Shown here one piece after another: positions 18,420-26,540 of a stretch of 64,000 nucleotides of DNA. Each line of letters begins with the position of its first letter. Positions within the stretch are counted from its first letter, which is position 1. Both the position numbers and the translations under genes were made by a program. The stretch lies in contig JAUXAU010000007.1 in the NCBI GenBank assembly GCA_030619765.1, forward strand, positions 465-64,464, given 5' to 3'. Source of the DNA: Thermoplasmatota archaeon. Lineage in GTDB: Archaea; Thermoplasmatota; E2; DHVEG-1. Below the pieces are notes generated by a model, which was given only the letters and a program-made list of their open reading frames with translations, was not told where the DNA came from and searched no databases.

Positions 18420-19319
18420 TTAAGAGTTATTATTTATCTCACTGGTCTTTTTTTCATTTATTTTTTGGTCTTTATGTTCCCACACGGTCAAATAATTTTT
18501 AATATCTGCCTCTTCGATTCTATTATATTTCATAGTCGGCTTGAGGCTTGTATGCCCTGCCTGTAACTGTATTATCTTCGGGTCGTGGCATTCTTTCAGT
18601 TGCCGTGTGATGCTTGTACGCTTGATTAGGTAGTTTGTCGGTTTCTCGCCGTTTGGTGTTTCTATGTTTGAATACATCGAAACTTCTTTGATTATCCTTG
18701 TTAAAGGTCGTGGTGATTTTATCCTCCGTCCTTTGTGGCATCCGATGTCGACAAGTACGAGATGTTTGCTGTCCTCTTCTGTCTGTGGAAATGGTCGCAC
18801 TTTCAGGTAGTCGTCCCATGCTCTCATTAACCGTTCTGTCATTACGCACTGTTTTATCCCTCTTTTACCGTCGTATCGTAGTATGTGTCCGTACCTGTCC
18901 GAGAGTTTAAGTTTGCGTATTTCACTCGGTCTGCGTATCGTGTCGTATTCAAGGTAGAATACAAGGCGGTGTAGTGGTGATAATTCTTCGATAGTAGACA
19001 GTAACTTGTCTGTTTCCTCTTCGTTGAGTGCCTGTTTCCCTGCGTCCTTCGGCACAAGTTTCGGCACTATCAGGTCTTTCTTTCCGCACCATTCTAGGAA
19101 TTTCGCTATTGTGTAAAACCGTATCACGTTGCCGTTGTGTTTCTTGGTGTCGTAACAATATTGTACATATCGGTCTATGTCTGCCTGTGTAATCTGGTCT
19201 AATGGTTTCTGTAAGTACCGAAGCATTGTTTTTGGATGGTTTATATATGTTAGTCTTGTAGTTAGTTTGCTGTGTCTCCCCCAAACAAAATCCTTATACT
19301 CTTGTAGGATTTCGTTCAT
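18420..19319 (-). CDS. int: Tyrosine recombinase / phage-type integrase
   Basis: N-terminal SAM-like region, then a catalytic region with ...IRRPSEIRKLKLSD..., ...LIKRTSITRQL..., ...LQAGHTSLKPTMKYNRI (R, K/H-x-x-R, H, Y pattern). Confidence 0.85.
   Translation of the reverse strand: MNEILQEYKDFVWGRHSKLTTRLTYINHPKTMLRYLQKPLDQITQADIDRYVQYCYDTKKHNGNVIRFYTIAKFLEWCGKKDLIVPKLVPKDAGKQALNEEETDKLLSTIEELSPLHRLVFYLEYDTIRRPSEIRKLKLSDRYGHILRYDGKRGIKQCVMTERLMRAWDDYLKVRPFPQTEEDSKHLVLVDIGCHKGRRIKSPRPLTRIIKEVSMYSNIETPNGEKPTNYLIKRTSITRQLKECHDPKIIQLQAGHTSLKPTMKYNRIEEADIKNYLTVWEHKDQKINEKKTSEINNNS
18422..18439 (+). repeat. attL-like direct repeat
   Basis: AAGAGTTATTATTTATCT. It overlaps the last six codons and the first base of the stop codon of the integrase gene. 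Confidence 0.65.
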
Positions 19320-19525
19320 TGGTACATTACCTCCTCTTGTAAGATAATGTGTGTTTTTCTAGCGTGGGGTGTATCATCGAGTAGTCTTAAAATGATTTCC
19401 CTATCAATTCTTTTTTTAGGTGGCAAACCGTATTTTTCTAGGTGTTTGTTCTGCATTTCCAACAGTTGCTTATCAGTATATTTCTTGTTCTTATGCGACC
19501 ATTGGATTTGCTTCTTTTTTTCCAT
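19316..19525 (-). CDS. Small basic protein (69 aa), ATGA-coupled to int
   Basis: Its stop overlaps the int start (caATGAac), and a GAGGAGG lies within its 3' end. It may be an excisionase or DNA-binding protein, but I recognise no motif. Confidence 0.5.
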   Translation of the reverse strand: MEKKKQIQWSHKNKKYTDKQLLEMQNKHLEKYGLPPKKRIDREIILRLLDDTPHARKTHIILQEEVMYQ

Positions 19526-19557
19526 CTTTCATGTGTCCTACCCCTAGGCACATGAAA

Positions 19558-20154
19558 CTATATTTTAAATCCCTTGTTTTGTTCTTTAAGTGTTGTCTTA
19601 ACTTCTTTTAAATCTGGGAAGCATGAATCAATATATTTATCATGACAAACTTTTACGAAAAATCCATCCTTACTTACTAATAAATCACTCCCACTTTCTA
19701 AAGCTGTTGCCAAATGAATGGCATCTGGAGCGAATATATTTGATTCTGAGCAAATTTTAAGAGCGAAATCCCATCCGTCTTCTTTTAATCGAAATGGTGT
19801 AACATCAACAAGTAATGGCTTAATAAGAGCAACTAAAAGTTTATTTTTTTGTTTTTTAATTTGAATTTCTGTTAAATTTCTATTACCTCTCGAACTTCTA
19901 AAATCCTTCCAAGTCATTTTTTCTGTAATTATTTTTTGTATTGCAAATTCATTATCTTTTAAATTATCCAAAAGTTCCATAATACAAAAATAGGATGTTG
20001 AACAAAACCACTTTTCTTTTTTTATAAATTCTAAGAGTTTTATTATTCTTGAAAACCATTTTTCTTCTTCTATTATGTATGCAGTAATTACATTTGTATC
20101 TAAATAGATGTGAGGTACAGGAGTTTCTATTTTATCAGTAGCTTTTTCAACCAT
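19558..20154 (-). CDS. PIN-domain protein
   Basis: An N-terminal acidic motif IYLDTNVITAY and a C-terminal APDAIHLATALESGSDLLVSKDGFF match the PIN/VapC layout, with an inserted middle segment. Confidence 0.6.
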   Translation of the reverse strand: MVEKATDKIETPVPHIYLDTNVITAYIIEEEKWFSRIIKLLEFIKKEKWFCSTSYFCIMELLDNLKDNEFAIQKIITEKMTWKDFRSSRGNRNLTEIQIKKQKNKLLVALIKPLLVDVTPFRLKEDGWDFALKICSESNIFAPDAIHLATALESGSDLLVSKDGFFVKVCHDKYIDSCFPDLKEVKTTLKEQNKGFKI

Positions 20155-20162
20155 TTAAAAAC

Positions 20163-20630
20163 CTATTTTTTCTTCTTTTTTGGTTTTGTCCAATATTTAT
20201 CAGAAAAAATTTTTTCAAAATCAATCTTAACAGGTTCGACAAAATCAGTAGGTGAACTACTAACTGTTATCTGACTGCCTGATGGAACAATATATGTCTT
20301 ATATTTATCAATAGGTGGATGTTTCACCTTCCGATAATGAGGTTTTACAAAAGTAATTCCAGAAGGGATTTTTTTGTAATGCCCTTTTACTTTTGCAAAA
20401 TATGCTTTTTGTTCCTTTCTTGTTCTTTTTTTCAATGGAGTTTTTCTTGCCATTATCTTTTTTTCCCCAATATTTGAATCTTTTTCATCTGATTTATTAT
20501 TTTCCGTTAATTCTTTATTATCCAAAACATCTACCTCTAAAACCGATTGATAATTTTGAACGTGAATAGTTTTGGATTGACTGGGAGGTGTGCCTAGGGG
20601 ATTTAACATAATGTCCCTCCCAGCATCCAT
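20163..20630 (-). CDS. Hypothetical basic protein (155 aa, start uncertain)
   Basis: Lys/Arg-rich core (MARKTPLKKRTRKEQKAYFAKVKGHYKK...) and a KKKKK tail. I recognise no family. Confidence 0.45.
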   Translation of the reverse strand: MDAGRDIMLNPLGTPPSQSKTIHVQNYQSVLEVDVLDNKELTENNKSDEKDSNIGEKKIMARKTPLKKRTRKEQKAYFAKVKGHYKKIPSGITFVKPHYRKVKHPPIDKYKTYIVPSGSQITVSSSPTDFVEPVKIDFEKIFSDKYWTKPKKKKK

Positions 20631-21988
20631 ATATTCGTTGTCTCTTTATGATTAATGTTTGAAAAAAAACAGATAAGATACCATAAATTAAAGCGTATCG
20701 GTTGTTCCGAGAAAAGAGGTTTTGTTTTATAACCTCTTTCGTCTTGGAGAGAGGCAATAATATAGCTTCTATTATGATTGGCAAAAGAGAAAATAGGGAA
20801 AATATTATATGAGAAAATATATGGGAAAATATATGTAGTGGGAGAAAGTGTGTGTGCTGTGTGGAAACATTTATATTCTGATAAGTTGACGTTTGTTTTG
20901 GTTTGGAATTTTTGAAGAGGGAGGCAAAAATTCCAGACTTCCGTTCCAATAGTTTCTCTCTCTTTCTCTCTCTTTTCTCTATATTTATATCTTTTTTCTC
21001 CGTTGTCTGTGTATACATCTGTATATATTTTCTCGTCTCGCCACCAATTCTTTCTATATTTTCTCCTATTGGTGGTATGTAATTTCTCTCTTTTCTTTCC
21101 GCACCAATATTTTATTTTAGTGATAATATTTATATATGAGAAAGTTATTCTTATTATATCAATTAGAATAGGGGGCAGGCATATTTTATAAATATTAATT
21201 CCTATCTTTGTATGACCTCTTTCTCCTCCATGCCCCCTATTTGCCCCATTTGACCATTTAGTTTTATTATTTGTTTCTCTTAATTTTTTTCTCCTGTTGA
21301 TAGGTAAGAGGACTGTTTCATTAGAATAAGCAGAACATAGATAATGAGCAAATTCAATTGCAGAAACAGCCCCCAATTGTAAAATAATAAATTTGTTATT
21401 TTTAATAAATTTAAATGAAAAATAATACATATTTTTAAAGGGTTTAATGATATGTTTTATTAGAAACATAGATATTGAGTAAAGTTCCTGAACATGGGTT
21501 TCCAATATTTTCAACCTATGAGGTGGTGAGGATAAGATAGGAGAGGAACTTTGCTTGAATACACCACTAGAGGTTGAAAAAAATGGAAATACAGAATTGT
21601 TTGGATAGACAGATAGATTTTCTATATTTATTTTTTGAGAATTATTTTTTAGACTCACTTCTTTATTTAAAGGAGGTGGGAGGAGGTAAATAAAAGATGG
21701 ATATAATAAAAACTGTGATAACAGGCGGAACAGTAATATTCCTAATAATCGTCTTTGTTTGGATATATTCTGTTCTGTTTGATGCAATGTAGAGAAAGTA
21801 ATTGCTTTGGTTGTCCCACAATCAGCAATTACTCTCTCGCACTCTCTAAAATCGGATTGAAATACGGTATTTGGTAAATAGCATCCCAAAGCCCCTATTT
21901 CAATCTTCTTAATTTTTTTTGTACAATTGCCGATATTAAAAAAAGTAGAAGAGAAATTGAACGAAAAATTTGCATTGTCCTCGTCCAA
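20603..21988 (-). CDS. Long ORF of the element (461 codons, TTG start), coding status uncertain
   Basis: A very long open frame for AT-rich DNA. However, it spans purine-rich low-complexity sequence, iteron-like repeats and an inverted repeat, and I recognise no motifs. Confidence 0.3.
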   Translation of the reverse strand: MDEDNANFSFNFSSTFFNIGNCTKKIKKIEIGALGCYLPNTVFQSDFRECERVIADCGTTKAITFSTLHQTEQNISKQRRLLGILLFRLLSQFLLYPSFIYLLPPPLNKEVSLKNNSQKINIENLSVYPNNSVFPFFSTSSGVFKQSSSPILSSPPHRLKILETHVQELYSISMFLIKHIIKPFKNMYYFSFKFIKNNKFIILQLGAVSAIEFAHYLCSAYSNETVLLPINRRKKLRETNNKTKWSNGANRGHGGERGHTKIGINIYKICLPPILIDIIRITFSYINIITKIKYWCGKKREKLHTTNRRKYRKNWWRDEKIYTDVYTDNGEKRYKYREKREKERETIGTEVWNFCLPLQKFQTKTNVNLSEYKCFHTAHTLSPTTYIFPYIFSYNIFPIFSFANHNRSYIIASLQDERGYKTKPLFSEQPIRFNLWYLICFFSNINHKETTNIWMLGGTLC

Positions 21989-22041
21989 TTCCCCATCAAA
22001 GGTTTTAATATTCGCTGTTTGGGGGCGAATTTCATTCTCTA

Positions 22042-22059
22042 AAGAGTTATTATTTATCT
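22042..22059 (+). repeat. attR-like direct repeat
   Basis: AAGAGTTATTATTTATCT, identical to 18422-18439. Confidence 0.65.
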
Positions 22060-22200
22060 AAAAACACAAACAACTCATCTTATTAGAATGATTATTCTTG
22101 TAAGTTTAAGGGGTAATTTAAACGCGAACCACTAAGCTAATAAACCATAATTAATATACTATTTTCTAGATTTGACCTAGTTGCTAGGAGGAACAAAGGG

Positions 22201-22866
22201 ATGGGAATATTTAGTAGATTCAAGCGAGGGAAATTTTCACATATCATCCAAAAAATTTTTGGTAAAAAACATGCCAAGATTGGCATTTACGGTCCACCAA
22301 ATGTCGGAAAAACTACCTTAGCAAACCGGATTCTCAGAGAGTGGACTGGAGACATCATGGGGAGTGTATCAGATATTCCTCATGAAACAAGAAGGGCAAA
22401 ATGGAAAACCAATATAAAGATAGACAATGGCGGTTCATCTCTCGTTATGGATTTAGTAGATACCCCTGGAATAGCAACTAAAATAGATTATAAGGAGTTT
22501 ATGAACACATATGGGCTGAATAAAGAAGAATCGAGAATGCGGGCAAAAGAAGCAACCGAGGGAGTTATAGAGTCGATAAGATGGCTAGAGGATATAGATG
22601 GCGTAGTCTTAGTTATGGACTCTACTAAAGATCCTTTCACTCAAGTTAATGTTACCATCATAGGAAACTTAGAAGCAAGAGATCTGCCCATACTTATAGC
22701 GGCAAATAAAATAGATGCAGATGAAGCAAGTCCCGCCACATTAAAATCTGCATTTCCTCAGCATCCTGTTGTCCCCATTAGTGCATTAACTGGCTATAAT
22801 ACTGAAGATCTGTATAACAATATGGTAAAACATTTCGGAAAAAAAAGAATTAAAAAGAGGAGATGA
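22201..22866 (+). CDS. Small GTP-binding protein (archaeal GTPase of the GTPase/DUF2073/Zn-ribbon triad)
   Basis: G1 GPPNVGKTT, G3 DTPG, G4 NKID. Preceded by GGAGG. Confidence 0.85.
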   Translation: MGIFSRFKRGKFSHIIQKIFGKKHAKIGIYGPPNVGKTTLANRILREWTGDIMGSVSDIPHETRRAKWKTNIKIDNGGSSLVMDLVDTPGIATKIDYKEFMNTYGLNKEESRMRAKEATEGVIESIRWLEDIDGVVLVMDSTKDPFTQVNVTIIGNLEARDLPILIAANKIDADEASPATLKSAFPQHPVVPISALTGYNTEDLYNNMVKHFGKKRIKKRR

Positions 22867-23249
22867 AAGAAATGGTAAAAAAAGAAAAAGGAATTTCATT
22901 CAACCTTATCTCACGCCGGAAATTAAATGATCTTTCATCCTCAGAAAAACTGAAGTATATACTGAAAGAAGTCAGACAGGGAAGGATCTTGGTGCTTGAA
23001 CATGGTCTTACACCAACAGAACAAACAGCCCTTATAGAGAATACTATGAAAGAGATAGACCACGACACATTTATTGGTATCGAAATGGGAGGATATGAAG
23101 AAGAGAAAACTAGCTTCTTCCAAAGGGTTTTTGGCGTAATAAAAAAACCACGTATGACTGTAATAGGGCCTGCGCATCTTCTAAAAATGGTCCATAAAGA
23201 TCATGATAAAATAGAAACCACGATAATATCTGGTAAAGGAGTAAGCTAA
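22863..23249 (+). CDS. DUF2073-like archaeal protein
   Basis: ATGA-coupled to the GTPase gene. The size (128 aa) and the position between the GTPase and the Zn-ribbon protein match the conserved archaeal triad as I recall it. Confidence 0.6.
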   Translation: MKEMVKKEKGISFNLISRRKLNDLSSSEKLKYILKEVRQGRILVLEHGLTPTEQTALIENTMKEIDHDTFIGIEMGGYEEEKTSFFQRVFGVIKKPRMTVIGPAHLLKMVHKDHDKIETTIISGKGVS

Positions 23250-23788
23250 TGCCTCACCAGTGTCTTAAATGTGGACATGTATTCGAAGAAGGATCATCTC
23301 AGTTGTTAAAAGGATGTTCAGATTGCGGTGGAAATCGATTTTTCTTTACAAAACAACCGTTAGATGAAAACGAGAGAAATATTATTAGCAGCGAAGTAAA
23401 TAAAGACATAACCTCCAAAATAATGGAGACATTAATGGAGAAAAATAAAGACGGCATTGACAAATCAGGAAAATGGGTTACAATAAAACCAAAAGAAATT
23501 CGAAAGATAATCAATGAGAAAATAATCGAAAACGGAGATGAATTAAAAACAGAGAAACAAGAAACTATAGAGCCGATAGACGATGAAAGACGCAGGGCAA
23601 TCATTGAAAAAATCAAATCCGAAGTAGATGAAATTGATTCTCCAGAGACAATAGGCATTGAAAAACCTGGTAAATATAGTATAGACATAAAGGGCCTTTT
23701 AGAGGAAGAACCCATTATTATACAAAAAGATGGTTCGTATACCATCCATTTACCTTCTGTTTTTAAAATGATTGATAAAAAGAAATAA
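23249..23788 (+). CDS. Zn-ribbon-containing protein (DUF2072/COG3364-like)
   Basis: N-terminal CLKCGHVF...GCSDCGG zinc ribbon, then an acidic/charged region. Translationally coupled to the preceding gene. Confidence 0.65.
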   Translation: MPHQCLKCGHVFEEGSSQLLKGCSDCGGNRFFFTKQPLDENERNIISSEVNKDITSKIMETLMEKNKDGIDKSGKWVTIKPKEIRKIINEKIIENGDELKTEKQETIEPIDDERRRAIIEKIKSEVDEIDSPETIGIEKPGKYSIDIKGLLEEEPIIIQKDGSYTIHLPSVFKMIDKKK

Positions 23789-23858
23789 AAAGGTATTTTG
23801 TACAATTTTTATCGAATAGACAGAAACGGTCTTTAAATTGAGCGTCTGGGTTGTTTCC

Positions 23859-24287
23859 CTATAATTTTAATCTTCTGTAGAGTTTTACTACCGCCTCCAC
23901 AGCAGTTTTTGCCCGTTCTATCCTTTTTTCTGCTTGGAGTCTTGTCATACCGGGTCCAGAAATACCAAGACCGACGGGTTTATTATACTCTAGTGCGAGG
24001 TCAGCTATCTTCCGAGTTGCATGCTGAATAACAATGTCATCGTGCTCTGTTTCTCCTTCGATAACTGCCCCAAGCGTTACTACACCATCAATATCCTTTC
24101 GTTCCAGCAGCTTCTTTATCGCAAGACCCATGTCAAAAACACCAGGCACTTTAACAACCTGACTTATTTCAGCACCGAGAAACTGTGCGTGTTCCTTTGC
24201 TCGCTCAAGCATCATCATTGTTATGTCATAGTTAAACTCGGAAACAACAGCCCCAATTTTTATAGTTTCTTTTACCACTTTTATCAT
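23859..24287 (-). CDS. ribH: 6,7-dimethyl-8-ribityllumazine synthase
   Basis: [24 protein letters not shown]...[15 protein letters not shown]...[16 protein letters not shown] is typical of archaeal RibH. Confidence 0.9.
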   Translation of the reverse strand: MIKVVKETIKIGAVVSEFNYDITMMMLERAKEHAQFLGAEISQVVKVPGVFDMGLAIKKLLERKDIDGVVTLGAVIEGETEHDDIVIQHATRKIADLALEYNKPVGLGISGPGMTRLQAEKRIERAKTAVEAVVKLYRRLKL

Positions 24288-24293
24288 ACCTCC

Positions 24294-25200
<907 letters not shown>

Positions 25201-25222
<22 letters not shown>

Positions 25223-25878
25223 GCCTTTACAATTTCTTTTCCTTCTAAAAAGACGAAATTGTTTTTTTCAGCATATCTCATAGTATCTTCCTTGGATAAA
25301 GCCTTGCCATTATTCCCCATGATTTCACATCCGCCTCCAGCAGAAACAAGACCTGCCATTTGCATGAGTGCGATGACAAACTCAGTATGACCTCTCCTTT
25401 CATTAAGAAGATTCTTAGAAGCTACACATATAGGGACATGCCCTGGAGATCTGAACTCCCTACCAAATTCTTTAATTGCCAAGTCACTATCAAGACTCTT
25501 GATTCTTTTAATTAATTCAGCAAATTTTTGCATAGTAAGACTTCTATCATGGTCAGTTATACCTGTAAACGTCTCCCTATGATTTATATAAAGAGAAAAG
25601 GAAGATTTTGTATCGTAAGGTATATCATCTGGGACAAGTTCTTTTAAAACAGGGTAGTTATCACTAATATCAGAATACAAATTAGCTAAAAATGGCATTT
25701 GTAATTGATCTGCGACTTCTTTTGAAGTCATAAGAAATATTAACCCGCCGCCATCTTGCCTCATTCTTTTTATTGATTCAGGTGTGACAAATTGAGAAGC
25801 TATAACAAAATCTGTTTCACCTTCTCTATTTTCACTGTCATACACTAAAACAAACTTACCATGTTGCAGATCAGTCAA
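25201..25878 (-). CDS. ribB: 3,4-dihydroxy-2-butanone-4-phosphate synthase
   Basis: VLVYDSENREGETDFVIASQFVTPESIKRMRQDGGGLI...RSPGHVP...GHTE. The track start is TTG at 25878. Conserved N-terminal residues (IEKINKV) continue upstream with no canonical start (see findings). Confidence 0.9.
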
Positions 25879-25948
25879 GACTTTATTGATTTTTTCTATA
25901 AACTCACCCTAATCAAAGATTTACCTTCATAAAATAAATTTTGGGTTA

Positions 25949-26170
25949 TTACTCAGAAATAGGTCGATTGTTTCTACCTTTGTTTCGAGAAGCTAAAATT
26001 CTAGTAATGTATCCGGCTATCTTATTTCTCATCAATTTGCTGCTAACCTCGACCAGTTCCTCAACTTTTTCTTTATTATGCTGAAAATCATCATGTTTAA
26101 ACTGATCTGGATATTCTTTCACTAGCTCTTTTGCAATGTTTTTTATATGAGTTTGTTTAATGTTTCCCAG
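25949..26170 (-). CDS. rps17e: 30S ribosomal protein S17e, apparently with a non-AUG (CTG) start
   Basis: My translation is (L/M)GNIKQTHIKNIAKELVKEYPDQFKHDDFQHNKEKVEELVEVSSKLMRNKIAGYITRILASRNKGRNNRPISE. The conserved MGNI position is encoded by CTG at 26170-26168, 3 nt after GGTGAT. A TATA-like CTTTATATAG lies about 45 nt upstream. The ORF is absent from the track. Confidence 0.8.
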   Translation of the reverse strand: MGNIKQTHIKNIAKELVKEYPDQFKHDDFQHNKEKVEELVEVSSKLMRNKIAGYITRILASRNKGRNNRPISE

Positions 26171-26540
26171 GTTATCACCTTTAATCGTAGGAAGTCGAAA
26201 TAGGGTTTTTCTATATAAAGGTTTTAGTAGTAAATATCTTGTGTAATTGTGTAATAATATGCCATTAACTGCTTACCCATATTTTGTTGTAACTTGGTTA
26301 TTCTATAGAGTTAAAAATAAAATCAATTAGCCCTCTACTTACAAAATCTTGTACTATATTGAGCTCAAAAGTCGTGATGGATTTGGAAAGAAAAATATTG
26401 GTGGTGTAATGGCTGAATTAGAAATGTAAACATCAAGGGAAAAATATATATTCACTAAATCTATTTTGAATTGAATTGATAAAGGTAATGTGTGCGTAAT
26501 GCACATTTTACTTTGAGTAATAACGGATAGGAAAAGGTGG

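Larger units (their letters stand above)
18422..22059. mobile_element. Small integrated element (about 3.6 kb) bounded by 18-bp direct repeats
   Basis: Exact direct repeat AAGAGTTATTATTTATCT at 18422-18439 and 22042-22059. A tyrosine recombinase abuts the left repeat. All internal ORFs are on the minus strand. The int segment has higher GC (many spurious alternate-frame ORFs). The element sits in the divergent intergenic region between the coiled-coil gene and the GTPase gene. Confidence 0.65.

Noticed and set aside
18523-19284. Four overlapping alternate-frame ORFs (60-111 aa) on both strands
   Set aside because: They are a consequence of locally elevated GC within the integrase gene. Only the 299-aa frame has recombinase motifs.
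20518-21018. A 166-aa minus-strand ORF overlapping both the 155-aa ORF and ORF461
   Set aside because: It is an alternative frame across the purine-rich, iteron-containing segment and is most likely a compositional artefact.
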